DNA of 53,834 nt from a virus (lineage: Duplodnaviria > Caudoviricetes), in IMG/VR virus record IMGVR_UViG_3300030104_001062, positions 1-53,834 of that record. One strand, given 5' to 3'. A program made the position numbers and the translations under genes. Below the pieces are notes generated by a model that worked only from the letters and a program-made list of their open reading frames with translations, had not been told where the DNA came from and did no database searches. Below, piece by piece: positions 9,867 to 21,199 of the stretch; the stretch's first letter is position 1, and the number at the start of each line of letters is the position of its first letter.

Positions 9867-11732
9867 GTGGCTCAAAAGTTTAACACAAACATTAGTGGTA
9901 ATGTAAGTGGAGGTAGTGTAAAAACAGATGCTGAAAAAGAAGCCGATCAAGAAGCTCGTGCAAGAGAAGCACAAGCCAAAACCAAAGCCAAAGTTGATGC
10001 AGAAGCAAAAAAGAAAGTTGATGCAGAAGCAAAAAAGAAAGCTGATGCAGAAGCAAAGAAACAAAAACAAAAAAGTGTACAGGAAGTAAACATGGCAGAA
10101 ATAGAAAACGCACCAAGTCCTTTAGACGAAGCACAATATGCAAAGATGCAGGAATTAGCTAACGCTAACCCTAATTTAAGCATAAAAGAACTTGTTGCAA
10201 AATCAGATGAATTTATTGGTACAGATCCTACGACTATGAAAAACTATCTGGTCAATGCAGGAGTAGACATTGAAGCAGACACTGTTGGTGGTGTGGACAT
10301 GGTTAGTTTAAAAAATGCTACTTCTGCTCCTGTTGTTGATCCTAATCTTGTTTCTGATAAAGTTAAAGATAAAAATATTGAAGCGGCCAAAGGAGAAGTA
10401 TCTAAAGAGGTTGGCGAAGAACAAATTAATCTCAACCAAGAACAACTATACGCAAAAGAACAAACAGGCGAAGCTGCACAAATTACAGGTAACACAAAAC
10501 GAGAAGTTACTGAGGGTGAGTTTGTAACTGGAGCAACAGCTACTCCAGAAGAATTATCCGAAATAAATATGGTTGCCGCAACGGCTGAACCATCAGATCG
10601 TGCAACTACACGAGGGCAACTTGCTCTTATGGAAAAAGATTTTGAAGGGGGCAAAATACCTTCATACGTTGCAGGACAAATGAGAATGGCAAATGCTGTG
10701 ATGCAACGAAGAGGTATATCAGCATCTTCAATTGCTGGGCAAGCTGTTATGCAAGCAGCTCTAGAAGGCAGTGTACAAATAGCGATGGCTGATGCTAAAG
10801 CATTTCAAACATTTGAATTAGCTAGTCTTAGTAACAGACAACAATCGGCTGTTCTTAACGCACAGATACGTGCTAAGATACTTGGTCAAGAACTTACTAA
10901 TAGACAACAGGCTGCCGTTATAAATGCCGCAAGAGTAACTGAAGCAAACAATATGACATTTACTGCTGAACAACGTGTTATGTTGGAAAACTCAAAGATG
11001 ATGCAACAGATGAACCTTGCTAATCTTAACACTAAACAACAAACAGCCCTTGCTAATGCAGCTACATTTGCAAATATGGAAAAAGCTAATTTAGATGCAC
11101 GGATGACTGCACAAGTTACAAATGCACAAAACTTTTTAAAAATGGATTTAGCAAATTTAAGTAATGAGCAACAAGCTCGTACTCTTGAATATCAATCAAC
11201 TATTCAAGCTTTATTTTCAGATCAGGCCGCAACAAATGCTGCTGAACAGTTTAACGCAAAAAGCCAAATGCAAGTTGATCAATTTTATACAGAGTTAAAC
11301 ACACAGATTGAACAAGCTAATGCAACACGAAATGCAAACATGGAACAGTTTAACGTAAATCAAAAAAATGCAATGAAGCAATACAATGAAACAATGAAAT
11401 TAAACAGAGAAAAGTTTAATGTAAATGCTCGTTTACAAATTGATCAATCAAATGTAGAATGGAGAAGACAGATAAATACAGCAAATACGGCTGAACAAAA
11501 CGCTACAAATAGATTAGTGTATCAATCTCTTACAAATCAAACAACACAAGCACAAAACAATTTGTGGAATTTTTATAGAGATTCGGCTTCGTGGTTAATG
11601 ACAACAGCCGAAAATAGAGAACAAAGATCTCACGATGCTGCTATGTTGGCCGCCCAACTATCAGGAAATAAAGATTTGTATAGAACAGAGTTTTTAAACA
11701 ACTTGCTTTTAGAAGTAGGTATGAATTTATAG
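9867..11732 (+). CDS. Internal virion (ejection) protein, Q/A/N-rich
   Basis: Long helical ORF; GTG 9867 follows the upstream stop (alternative ATG 10092); 24-bp KKKVDAEA repeats. Confidence 0.7.
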   Translation: MAQKFNTNISGNVSGGSVKTDAEKEADQEARAREAQAKTKAKVDAEAKKKVDAEAKKKADAEAKKQKQKSVQEVNMAEIENAPSPLDEAQYAKMQELANANPNLSIKELVAKSDEFIGTDPTTMKNYLVNAGVDIEADTVGGVDMVSLKNATSAPVVDPNLVSDKVKDKNIEAAKGEVSKEVGEEQINLNQEQLYAKEQTGEAAQITGNTKREVTEGEFVTGATATPEELSEINMVAATAEPSDRATTRGQLALMEKDFEGGKIPSYVAGQMRMANAVMQRRGISASSIAGQAVMQAALEGSVQIAMADAKAFQTFELASLSNRQQSAVLNAQIRAKILGQELTNRQQAAVINAARVTEANNMTFTAEQRVMLENSKMMQQMNLANLNTKQQTALANAATFANMEKANLDARMTAQVTNAQNFLKMDLANLSNEQQARTLEYQSTIQALFSDQAATNAAEQFNAKSQMQVDQFYTELNTQIEQANATRNANMEQFNVNQKNAMKQYNETMKLNREKFNVNARLQIDQSNVEWRRQINTANTAEQNATNRLVYQSLTNQTTQAQNNLWNFYRDSASWLMTTAENREQRSHDAAMLAAQLSGNKDLYRTEFLNNLLLEVGMNL

Positions 11733-11740
11733 GATAACAT

Positions 11741-12151
11741 ATGTTAGGAAATTTAATAAAATTATTTGTAGGAGCTAACTTAGCATCAACAGGAGCATCT
11801 TACATGTTAGGACCAGAGAACATGCTAACTAAAAGTATGGGGAAATTAACAGGATCATTTTTAGGCATGGGTTCTAGTTCATCGTCTACCAATAGAAGCG
11901 ATTTAAAATACGTTTCAAAAGTTGAACCTCAAGAAATTAAATTGTCTGGGGCTAGTAGTGTAGGAACAGCAAAACCTAGTTTATCTTCTGCAACCCAACC
12001 TAGTCAATTTCCAATGGGTTATAAAAGTAAGTTAAATATATCTCCTGAAGTTAGACGACTTTTGCAAGATGTAAATGATGGCATGGTAGGAAATCAAAAT
12101 ATTCGATTATCTTTATACCAAACACCAGAAAATAAAATAGATGTGGGGTAA
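11741..12151 (+). CDS. Putative small internal virion protein
   Basis: AGGA RBS; Gly/Ser-rich hydrophobic N-terminus. Confidence 0.6.
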   Translation: MLGNLIKLFVGANLASTGASYMLGPENMLTKSMGKLTGSFLGMGSSSSSTNRSDLKYVSKVEPQEIKLSGASSVGTAKPSLSSATQPSQFPMGYKSKLNISPEVRRLLQDVNDGMVGNQNIRLSLYQTPENKIDVG

Positions 12152-12157
12152 ATAATA

Positions 12158-12766
12158 ATGGTAGCACGAGATAGAAGTCTTGAAGAAGAACGAGAGGAAA
12201 TAGCAAGAAGTGTTGTAGATGAGGGTATTCTTGAAACTCCAGACCAGTTAAATGGTCTTTCTTCTATTCCGGGATTTGGTATGACACAACCAAAAGGAAA
12301 ATGGGCATGGGAAAATCCACCACAATTTTCTGATCCTAATGATGCAATAGACGCTATTGTAGAAAAATTTGATGAAGAACCTACAAAATCTAATTTATTA
12401 AAAGTAATTCTTGCAGGGGTATCTGTAGAAGAAATAATTAACACTACAGTTATGAATGGATTTACAGAAGGTAAATTTACTCCAGACGTTGCAGAACTTA
12501 TAAAACCAGCGTTAACTGTAAAACTTTTAACAATGGCTCAAGAGAAAGATGTTCCTGTTCGTATGTTTGTAGATCAAGTAGATTCTGGTGAAATGGAAGA
12601 TGAACAATTATTTAGAATAATGCAGGAAAGAAATCCTACTATGTTTAAAGAATTATCTGAAAAAATAAATGAAGAAATACGAATGGGAACTCAACCTGCT
12701 CCACCATCACCACAACCTAAACCTTCTCCAATAAGTGAAAACAGTTTTTTAAATATAGGTAATTAA
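12158..12766 (+). CDS. Conserved virion-module protein
   Basis: IPGFGMT..WAWENPPQF..GKFTPDVAEL motifs. Confidence 0.7.
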   Translation: MVARDRSLEEEREEIARSVVDEGILETPDQLNGLSSIPGFGMTQPKGKWAWENPPQFSDPNDAIDAIVEKFDEEPTKSNLLKVILAGVSVEEIINTTVMNGFTEGKFTPDVAELIKPALTVKLLTMAQEKDVPVRMFVDQVDSGEMEDEQLFRIMQERNPTMFKELSEKINEEIRMGTQPAPPSPQPKPSPISENSFLNIGN

Positions 12767-12768
12767 AT

Positions 12769-15700
12769 ATGTCAGTAAATCCAATAGATGTTTTTACCAT
12801 TTTACTTTCAGGTAAAAAAATAAAAGAATCAAAAGATGCAAAAAAACTTGCAGCAGCAGAGTTAGAATATGATCAGTGGCTAGACAAACAAGAGTATTTG
12901 CAAGACCAAAGAGAAAGTTATGATGCTACAAAAAGAAAAATTAAAATTGAAGATGAAAAAAGAAAACGTATAGACGATTTTAATTTTAAAATGAAAACAA
13001 AGCCTATTGAATCTCAAGTTGAGTTTGGTGTTAAAGCTAGAGAAGAAGGTCTTGGTGGACTTTCTCAAGATAGATTTGGAAATCCTTTGCCTTTTGATGT
13101 ATTTAGTCAACGTGTTAATCAAGCACGAACACAAAAAAAATTACGAGATAAACTTAAATCAGAAAAACAATCTTTTCTTCAAACACAAAACTTAGAACAA
13201 AGTGATCTTGCACTACGAACAGCTACAATCCAAGCTCAGAATAAAGCAGAAGCAACATTTGCTGAACAAGGTTATGGAAATTTAAAAACTGAAGATATGA
13301 GTTTTAACGACTTTGCCATAGCAGTTAAAACTGCTAAAGAAAAAGATGCATTAGCTGCAACCAGTGCTGAAGAAAGACAAAAGGTAATAGAAAAATATGT
13401 AGGTATGGGGTATGGAAATTTTCTAAAAGATGAAAATGGTAATGATCGCTCATATGAAGATTTTATAAAATTAGCCGTAGAACAAGAACAAACAGACATT
13501 CTCAAAAGAAAAAAGCAGCAGTTTACACAAGAAAAAGAAATAAGTGCAAAGTTTGAAACTAAAAAAAGAGAAGCTGTAAGAGAAGAAAGTCTTAGAGAAT
13601 TAGCTTTTAAATATGGAATTAATCCAGATGATGAAATTGCTTACGATGGCACAGATATTTGGAAAGATGATCTTCAGAAAAAACTTCAAGGTATGGAAGA
13701 AAATTTAACTTTTGAAGAAAAGAGCAGTTTAAATTTATTAAATGAAGTAAATAAAACAAATAAACTTAATGAAATAGCATCTACTTTTGAAAAAGTAAAA
13801 AATACTGACTACACTTTGTTTAAAGATATAGAAGGAGTAACACCTTTTGTAATGCCTAAAAAGGTTGCAGGTACAAAAACTTCAGAAACAGATAGACTAA
13901 GGCTTATGGATGCATGGGGATATAAAAATTTTGATAATGTAGCACGAGCTACTAATGGGTTAAAAAATTCTGATATGGTTAGGTTTATACATGAATTTAA
14001 TAACGCTTATCGAAATACACTAACAGAAAAAACTAAAGTAACAGAAAAGGGAATATTTAAACCAACATCTCTTGGGGTATCTTTTCTTTCATCTCATCCG
14101 TATTTTAGACAAATAATAAAAAGACAGCATAACAAAGTCTTTAATATTGGTAACTTAATGAAAGAAGGAGCTTTACTTAAAGCAATAGGATCAAGTCGAG
14201 TTATACCTTCATCTGATGTTGCACAAGTAACTGACCCAAAAACAATGGAAACTGAGAGTGGTATTATAATAAATTGGACAAAGGGAACTCCTGAAGAACA
14301 AAATGCGTATGCTCAAATAATGAATGAACTAGACAAAAATAGAGGTTTTGAAGGAGATGAAGAAGCTCTTTTAATTGCTATGTCGAGTTATGTTGGTACG
14401 AAATTAATTAACGGTAAGCGTGTTCCTGATTTATCTGTACCTAAATTTTATGCATCTATGCTTGACAAAGGTTTTACGATGACTCAAATGAGACAATACG
14501 ATCCTAATCAAAAAACAGATAATGATGGTCTTATTACGTATAATCACAGTCTTACCGAAGAAATAACTAGAACAGCTAATGAAACTTTTTCAAGCCCATT
14601 ACCATTTATTATGGCTTTATCTGTAACTGCTAAAGCTAATGACACAGGACTACTTGGTATTAGTCCTAGTGAATACGCTGAACAACAAGGTGTTAAGCTT
14701 GATGCTTTGTATAAACAAAACTTTGATGCAAATGATTTAATAAACGATGCAGATGCAGCTTTACGTACTCTTACTAATGATGATTTAGAAGAATTAAGAG
14801 AGCTTAATTTAAGAAATGGAATTTTATTACAGAATAATGGGGTTTTTATTGAATCTGATCCAGACCAATCAAGTGAGTTATTTGGTGCTCCATTAAGTAC
14901 CTACGGTACTATTTTTAGTACATTAGGGGATCAGGTTAGTGCTGCTATAAAAACAGGCAAAAATATGGCTGGCATAGAAGATAGCACAATTGGTGGAGCA
15001 ATTATTGCACAGTATGATAAATTAGACGGTAAAAACAGACGTTGGTCATCTTACCAAGATGATGTTAACCCAAAGACAAAGCGAACGTTTTTAGAAGAAG
15101 AAGCTGCAAGAAGGGGCATGGATGTAAATTCTTTTTTAAAGGCAGAAGAACGAGCTAGACAACAAAACATGAAAGACTTAGCTGCAGCTCAAGCAACACT
15201 TAATGATCCAAATGCTAAACAAGATTCAATAGTTGCCGCAAGAAGACAATTTTTTGCTTTTACTATGGCATACAAGCTTGCTTCCTTATTACAGGGAGGA
15301 ACAGGTGGTCGAACAATTTCTGACCAAGACGTACAAAACATGTTTAGAGTGCTATCTCAAGATTCTTTAACAGACTCACGTAAATATGGTGAGTCTATGT
15401 TAAACATAAAAAGAATGGCTAAAAATGCTTTAGAAGTTAACCAGATGGTTCAAATTGGTTTAGGTATAGGTAGTAATGGGGAAACTCCAAACAGACCTTT
15501 GTTTGTTGCAGCACAACATTATAAAGCTTTTCATGCAGGAACATTTACACCAACGTATAACAATGTTGTAAATTTTATTAGGTATGGAAATCCAACAGAA
15601 AAAGGTTTCAATTCGGAACAAAACGCTGTAGATGCATCAGGTATAAACAAAACACAACAATTTATGAAAAGACGAATCTACCCAGATAATGTACCTTCAA

Positions 15701-15855
15701 AAGCTGTAGATAAATTGTTTAATGAACCAACTGAACAGATGCTTCAATTTTACATACAAAAATATGGAGAAGATAAAGTTCCAAAGGGATTTACTGTAAT
15801 AAATCCTCCAACACCAGAAGAACAAATTAACCAAGCAGCAGGGATGTCTTTGTAA
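12769..15855 (+). CDS. Large internal virion protein
   Basis: 1028-aa helical ORF; GRTISDQDV motif; position analogous to T7 gp15. Confidence 0.65.
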   Translation: MSVNPIDVFTILLSGKKIKESKDAKKLAAAELEYDQWLDKQEYLQDQRESYDATKRKIKIEDEKRKRIDDFNFKMKTKPIESQVEFGVKAREEGLGGLSQDRFGNPLPFDVFSQRVNQARTQKKLRDKLKSEKQSFLQTQNLEQSDLALRTATIQAQNKAEATFAEQGYGNLKTEDMSFNDFAIAVKTAKEKDALAATSAEERQKVIEKYVGMGYGNFLKDENGNDRSYEDFIKLAVEQEQTDILKRKKQQFTQEKEISAKFETKKREAVREESLRELAFKYGINPDDEIAYDGTDIWKDDLQKKLQGMEENLTFEEKSSLNLLNEVNKTNKLNEIASTFEKVKNTDYTLFKDIEGVTPFVMPKKVAGTKTSETDRLRLMDAWGYKNFDNVARATNGLKNSDMVRFIHEFNNAYRNTLTEKTKVTEKGIFKPTSLGVSFLSSHPYFRQIIKRQHNKVFNIGNLMKEGALLKAIGSSRVIPSSDVAQVTDPKTMETESGIIINWTKGTPEEQNAYAQIMNELDKNRGFEGDEEALLIAMSSYVGTKLINGKRVPDLSVPKFYASMLDKGFTMTQMRQYDPNQKTDNDGLITYNHSLTEEITRTANETFSSPLPFIMALSVTAKANDTGLLGISPSEYAEQQGVKLDALYKQNFDANDLINDADAALRTLTNDDLEELRELNLRNGILLQNNGVFIESDPDQSSELFGAPLSTYGTIFSTLGDQVSAAIKTGKNMAGIEDSTIGGAIIAQYDKLDGKNRRWSSYQDDVNPKTKRTFLEEEAARRGMDVNSFLKAEERARQQNMKDLAAAQATLNDPNAKQDSIVAARRQFFAFTMAYKLASLLQGGTGGRTISDQDVQNMFRVLSQDSLTDSRKYGESMLNIKRMAKNALEVNQMVQIGLGIGSNGETPNRPLFVAAQHYKAFHAGTFTPTYNNVVNFIRYGNPTEKGFNSEQNAVDASGINKTQQFMKRRIYPDNVPSKAVDKLFNEPTEQMLQFYIQKYGEDKVPKGFTVINPPTPEEQINQAAGMSL

Positions 15856-18800
15856 TGGCAGATAACATAACTAACCCATTTGACGAATTTGATGAAAAAG
15901 ATACAGTTGTTACTCGTAACCCTTTTGACAATCTTGATTCTGAACAAAAATCATCTGTTGCAGACAAATTAGAACAAAAAATTAAAAAGTCAACTCTTAA
16001 AAGAGAAGAGTCTTTACTTAAAGAACCTATAGAAAAAATAGCTGGAACTGCTAAGAGTACAGTTTTTGATGCTACTGGGGATGTATACACTAAAGTAGCT
16101 CCTCAGTCTTTGCAGTATAAAACTGCAATAGAATATGATGAAAGAGGGCAACCTATTGTTAAAGAAGGTAGAGTAATTCCTGAAGTTTCTATATTTGAAG
16201 AGCCCACAGTTAAACAATATTTTAATGATCCTAAAAAAGAAAAAGAATTAAACAACGTTTTAAAAGGATATGTTACAGCATCAGGAACAGCTATATATTG
16301 GGATGAAAAACAAAAAAAAGAATTTCCAACAGCAAGAGAATTTTTAAAAGATGCTGAACAATTAAGTCCACGCTCATTACTTTTTGCTGAACCTTTTGAA
16401 GCTTATGATTTAGATTATACTGATGTAATAAAAAAGTATACTGAACTTCCAGAAGATAAAAAGGGATTTCAACTTAGCCGTTTACAGTTTTCAGATTATA
16501 AACAAGAACCTTTTACTATTGGGTCAATGCTTCCGGGAACTGAAAGATTTGGTGGAGCGTTAGTTAAAGATACTGTTGATTACGTTAAAGATACTATGGG
16601 GGTAAAAGACACTCAAACATTAGCTGTCATAGCTAAGATGACAGAGAGTGGTGAAATTGCAGGAAGAAGAGCTATATCAGGATTGTATACAACTGTTAAA
16701 TTTTTAACAGCAGATGCAGCAGTTTTTATGGCTAGAACAACACAAAGTCTTATGAATTATAATGAAACTAGACAATTTGTACCCTACAGTTCTGACATAG
16801 AAAGAAAAATATTTAATGACAGATGGCTTGCTGGATCAGCAGCAGATTTTAGAAAAAGATTGTTAGTGGCAGGTATATCTCCTATATATGCAACACAAGA
16901 GTTTGCAGAAAAACTATTGGCTTTTAGTCCGACTATTGCTGACAGAGGACTTAAAGTTGCTATTGATGTAAAGGGTTTTACTGCAGCACTTGGAATGAAA
17001 ATGACATCTAGTGCCAACGCAGCCTTTATTGATTTTACAAATTTTGTAAAGGCAAGACCTAAGATGTTTAAAATGGATGCTGATGGAAAGATGGTAAAGG
17101 GCACATATGAAGAAGCTATAACAGCATATAAGAAACAAAGAGGAGAATACGCTGATAATTTAATGGGTAGGTTTTTAGATAATTTACAAACCGATAAATT
17201 GGTAAGAGGATTTGAACTTAATCTTGCAAAGCTACCAGTTGAAAAAAGAAAAATAGTTCAATATAATAGAAAACTATTAGCAGAACTTACACAAGAAAGA
17301 GACAGACTTAAAAATTTAGAAAAAATAAATACATACAATAAAAGATATGGACTAGAGGGCAAGCTTCCTGCTAACTACGATAAAGATATAATTGATATTA
17401 ACAGAGCAATAGCTCAACAAAGGATTGCTACATCTGTTGCAGAAAGCACAAGTGGCACTGCTAAATGGGTCAGAGAATTAAATTCTGCAGATGCTGGTTT
17501 TGTTTTATACGGAACATCACTAGGTCAACTTAATCAAAATTTAAATGGAGATCCTTTATTTGGAGAGTTTGCAGGGTATACATATGCAATGGGAGAACTC
17601 TTATCAAAAGGAACTCGATTTGAAAAGTTTCCATTTATAGTAGCAGGAAGTGTAAAAGCTGGAGCTAGAGCAGTTGAAAACTTAACGTTAAAAACACTTG
17701 AGTTATATACTGGCAAAGGAACATTTTTAGATCCAAAACTTACTGCAAAAGGTAGTGAAGATATAATTGATCTTGCTAACACAGTTAAAACATTAAGTCC
17801 TCAAGCTCAGACATATGTAGAAGAACGTGTAGCTGGATTTAAAATTGTTATGGATGATTTAATTAGCAAAGATGTTAACCCAGATGTATTAAAGCCTACA
17901 CTAGCAAAACTATCTGGTTTAGCAGCCGTAGAAGCATTTGAAATGGGTGTAAGATCTGAAATGTATGCTTCAAGAACTTTTGATTCAGATGTTATAGCTT
18001 CATTGCAGGATGCAACAAATACGAAAAAAGAAATAGTAAATGAGTTAAAAAAATTATCTATGGGTTTTACAGATAATATGCCTGAAGCAGGAATGGCAGA
18101 TTTAGTTACTAAATTTAGAGTTAATATAAGTGATGCTCTTAAAAGTATAGAAAAAGATATAAAAGAAAGTGATATCCTATATAAAGAATATAAAAACTTA
18201 CAATTAAACTTTTTAGCCGATGAATATGTGTCTCCTGTAAAAGGAGAAGATTCAGCAAGAATAGTAAAAAAAATAAATGACATAACGGATGGAGAACCTT
18301 TACCTATATCTATGTTAGATACTGTTACAGTTATGACAAAAGATAAAAAAACAAGGTTAATTCAAGAATTAAATACTGAAGCCATTAGAAGTGAAACAGA
18401 AAAACTTACAACAAAAATACAATCATCAATAAAATTAAATAAAAATATAGAATTTAAAGAAAATGACGATGTAACTAGAGCCGTTACTGAAAGAGTGCTA
18501 GAATCCCAAAGAGAAATTTTACAAATTAATGGATCAAGGGGATATAAAATTATGGATAACGATCCTAAATTGGGTTTAGCAAAAACAGATGCCACTAATT
18601 TATTTAATAGTGTATTTGATGACGTAACAAGCATATCAGGAAAAGCTAGAAAATTTAATGAAGCAACAATGAAAGAATCAGATTCGTCTGGTTTAATTAA
18701 AATATTTGATGCTGCTGCAAATAAAATGTTACTTAACAAACTAACTCCAGAAGAAATAGCTGATCTTAGAGGAGCAATGAAAGCAGATGGATATGACAGG

Positions 18801-20696
18801 TTTAGTCCTGCTTTTATGTTACACTACAGTAATGAAATACAAAAAACTGCTGGCAACCCAGTTCTTCCTTTTAATTTAGGGTTTGAAGAATCAGCCCAAA
18901 TTAAATCTGCTTTAACACGAATACGAAATTCATATGAGTTTCAAGCACAGAATGGAAATACAGCAGCTGGAGCTAGAGCGAGAGCATACGCTGAGTATAC
19001 AAATGCGGCCAGAAATCTTTTTAAAAATTTTAAAAGTCCAAAAGGAATAACTTTAACAGGGCTTGATGAGAAGTTAGCTAAAGCTGATGCAATTTACAAA
19101 ACAGAGTATGCAGATAAATTTTTTGATAATGACCTTGCAAAAAACTTAACGTATGAAAGAAAATTTGGATACAGAGATCCAGTTAAAGAAAATGAATTTA
19201 TATCACAACCAACAACAGCTCATCCAGAAGCAAAAAAATATGTAAAGAATAGTAATACTTGGTTTAACCTCAACAAATTATCTACTGACTCAGATGCATC
19301 TTCAAATTTAAATGCTGATATTTTAAGAATGTTTGGTAAAAGAAATGAAAAAGGTCAAAATGTAATATCGGCAGAAGATAACCCAGATTTAGTAGCTCTT
19401 AGTAAGCATTTAACAACAGAGTGGATTTTAAAACAACTTACAAAACGTAACGTAAATGGTAAGCTTAGTGATGTTGCAGTCAACACTCCTGAATTTATGG
19501 CTAAATTAGAGAACATACAAAGGGCTTTTGCTACAGGCGATGGCAAATATTTGTTTTCAGTTGATGAGTTTTTTGATATAAATGGTCCATTTGGTTTTCA
19601 TGCTGCACGACAAAATCAAAAAGAAATAGACTCTATAGCAACTGATAGTGAAGTTATTTTAAAAAATGCATTTGATAAAAGTAAAGCAAATAAAGACCAC
19701 TTAGCACGTATAGATAAAATAAATGAAAATCAAGCTTTAATATTCAATGCTAAAAAAGAATGGAAATTAGCTAGTGATATATACGATGATCTAGTCATAA
19801 TGAGAAACACAGATATAGGGGAATTTAAAAAAGCTTTTATAGCTAATAATAAAGGAGTAAAAGCCGAAGAGGTTGATGGTGCTTTACGTTATATAATAGC
19901 AAAACATATAAATGAAGAAGTCTTTCAAGTATCAAAAGAATTAGAGGTATTTCCAGCAGATCAGTTTGGTCAATTAGCAAGACAAGTACAAGATGTTGAT
20001 TTTGAAAAACTTAGAGAAATGATAACTAAAGATGAAAGAGGTCCTGCATTAAAAGAAATATTAGGAGATAATCATTACAATGCCCTATTAAGCATTAGCC
20101 GATATATGGAATTAACAAAGATGCGACAGGATAAAATTCAAGTAATGGGTATCCCACGATCGTTATCTGTTGAAAGTTGGATTAGTAGAATATACAGTAT
20201 TAATCGTGGTGTTGTTTCTCCTAAATATGTTGCAACAGAAGCAGCATTGCAACAAGCAAGGAAGAAAAATATAAGTACGCTTGAAGCTATTATTGCAGAT
20301 CCAGATGCTGCAGAACTTTTTGCAAAAATTATATTAGAGCAAAAACCATTAGAAGAACAATTAGGAAAAAGATTGTTTGGAGCAATAGCTTTTCATTTTA
20401 GTTACTCAGCTTCTAGAGTTGGGTGGAAAGATTATATTATAGAGGGTGGAGATGCACAATTACAAAAAGTAAAATACCAAGCAGCTCAAGTTATTCCAGA
20501 TGCTATTCAGCCTGAATTTTTAACACCTACCAATGCTATGGATAAACAGATGAAAGAACTACAGTTTCTTAAAACTAGAAATCCTAAAAAGCTTTGGGGA
20601 AAAGGAACACCATTTAGTAATTATGCTGCATGGAAAAAAGCACAACCAGAATACAGAACTTCAACATATTTAAATAATAAACAATATACAAATTAA
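15855..20696 (+). CDS. Largest internal virion protein
   Basis: 1613 aa; last large gene of the arm; analogous to T7 gp16. Confidence 0.65.
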   Translation: MADNITNPFDEFDEKDTVVTRNPFDNLDSEQKSSVADKLEQKIKKSTLKREESLLKEPIEKIAGTAKSTVFDATGDVYTKVAPQSLQYKTAIEYDERGQPIVKEGRVIPEVSIFEEPTVKQYFNDPKKEKELNNVLKGYVTASGTAIYWDEKQKKEFPTAREFLKDAEQLSPRSLLFAEPFEAYDLDYTDVIKKYTELPEDKKGFQLSRLQFSDYKQEPFTIGSMLPGTERFGGALVKDTVDYVKDTMGVKDTQTLAVIAKMTESGEIAGRRAISGLYTTVKFLTADAAVFMARTTQSLMNYNETRQFVPYSSDIERKIFNDRWLAGSAADFRKRLLVAGISPIYATQEFAEKLLAFSPTIADRGLKVAIDVKGFTAALGMKMTSSANAAFIDFTNFVKARPKMFKMDADGKMVKGTYEEAITAYKKQRGEYADNLMGRFLDNLQTDKLVRGFELNLAKLPVEKRKIVQYNRKLLAELTQERDRLKNLEKINTYNKRYGLEGKLPANYDKDIIDINRAIAQQRIATSVAESTSGTAKWVRELNSADAGFVLYGTSLGQLNQNLNGDPLFGEFAGYTYAMGELLSKGTRFEKFPFIVAGSVKAGARAVENLTLKTLELYTGKGTFLDPKLTAKGSEDIIDLANTVKTLSPQAQTYVEERVAGFKIVMDDLISKDVNPDVLKPTLAKLSGLAAVEAFEMGVRSEMYASRTFDSDVIASLQDATNTKKEIVNELKKLSMGFTDNMPEAGMADLVTKFRVNISDALKSIEKDIKESDILYKEYKNLQLNFLADEYVSPVKGEDSARIVKKINDITDGEPLPISMLDTVTVMTKDKKTRLIQELNTEAIRSETEKLTTKIQSSIKLNKNIEFKENDDVTRAVTERVLESQREILQINGSRGYKIMDNDPKLGLAKTDATNLFNSVFDDVTSISGKARKFNEATMKESDSSGLIKIFDAAANKMLLNKLTPEEIADLRGAMKADGYDRFSPAFMLHYSNEIQKTAGNPVLPFNLGFEESAQIKSALTRIRNSYEFQAQNGNTAAGARARAYAEYTNAARNLFKNFKSPKGITLTGLDEKLAKADAIYKTEYADKFFDNDLAKNLTYERKFGYRDPVKENEFISQPTTAHPEAKKYVKNSNTWFNLNKLSTDSDASSNLNADILRMFGKRNEKGQNVISAEDNPDLVALSKHLTTEWILKQLTKRNVNGKLSDVAVNTPEFMAKLENIQRAFATGDGKYLFSVDEFFDINGPFGFHAARQNQKEIDSIATDSEVILKNAFDKSKANKDHLARIDKINENQALIFNAKKEWKLASDIYDDLVIMRNTDIGEFKKAFIANNKGVKAEEVDGALRYIIAKHINEEVFQVSKELEVFPADQFGQLARQVQDVDFEKLREMITKDERGPALKEILGDNHYNALLSISRYMELTKMRQDKIQVMGIPRSLSVESWISRIYSINRGVVSPKYVATEAALQQARKKNISTLEAIIADPDAAELFAKIILEQKPLEEQLGKRLFGAIAFHFSYSASRVGWKDYIIEGGDAQLQKVKYQAAQVIPDAIQPEFLTPTNAMDKQMKELQFLKTRNPKKLWGKGTPFSNYAAWKKAQPEYRTSTYLNNKQYTN

Positions 20697-20707
20697 ACGG
20701 AGAAACT

Positions 20708-20902
20708 ATGAAGACTTATTATAACGGCCCAAGACAAAGAATGAACTATGGTGGTATGAGTATGGGAACAACTCTTGGTAGCACTATGGGACAAAAAAAT
20801 CAAATGGCATCTAGTCGTATGCAAACAATGAAAGCAAACAACCCAATGAACCAACAACCCACGATGATGATGTATGGTGGTAAAAAATCTAAGAAAAAGT
20901 AG
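20708..20902 (+). CDS. Small Met-rich basic protein with two MxYGG motifs
   Basis: GGAG RBS, ATG 20708. Confidence 0.7.
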   Translation: MKTYYNGPRQRMNYGGMSMGTTLGSTMGQKNQMASSRMQTMKANNPMNQQPTMMMYGGKKSKKK

Positions 20903-20935
20903 ACTTTACTAAAAAAAGTCTCTATATAAACGTGC

Positions 20936-20998
20936 TGAGAGGGGTAGAACTATAGTCTCTGGTGTAATCATACCTGAGAAATAGCTCTACCCCTCTCA
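20936..20998. terminator. Long hairpin at the convergence of the two arms (terminator or processing site)
   Basis: 18-bp inverted repeat TGAGAGGGGTAGAACTAT / ATAGCTCTACCCCTCTCA with 1 mismatch, plus an inner stem. Confidence 0.7.
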
Positions 20999-21012
20999 AT
21001 CTTTTAAAAACG

Positions 21013-21192
21013 CTACTGCTTCGGTTTGTCCGATTTTAACTGGTCAAGTTCCTTTTTTAACTGTACATTTTCATTTAATAACCCAGCAAACACATTTAAC
21101 AATGTTACTTTCTCTTCTGAACCTATAATCATAGCTTTTATATCATTATAAGTCATATTGGGTTTTACTTTTTCTGCTTTTTCTTTAGCCAT
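21013..21192 (-). CDS. Hypothetical protein (MAKEKAEK..)
   Basis: GAGGTG RBS before ATG 21192. Confidence 0.65.
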   Translation of the reverse strand: MAKEKAEKVKPNMTYNDIKAMIIGSEEKVTLLNVFAGLLNENVQLKKELDQLKSDKPKQ

Positions 21193-21199
21193 GTTCACC

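Noticed and set aside
9990-10065. 24-bp KKKVDAEA repeats as a regulatory element
   Set aside because: Ordinary low-complexity coding repeat in a charged helix
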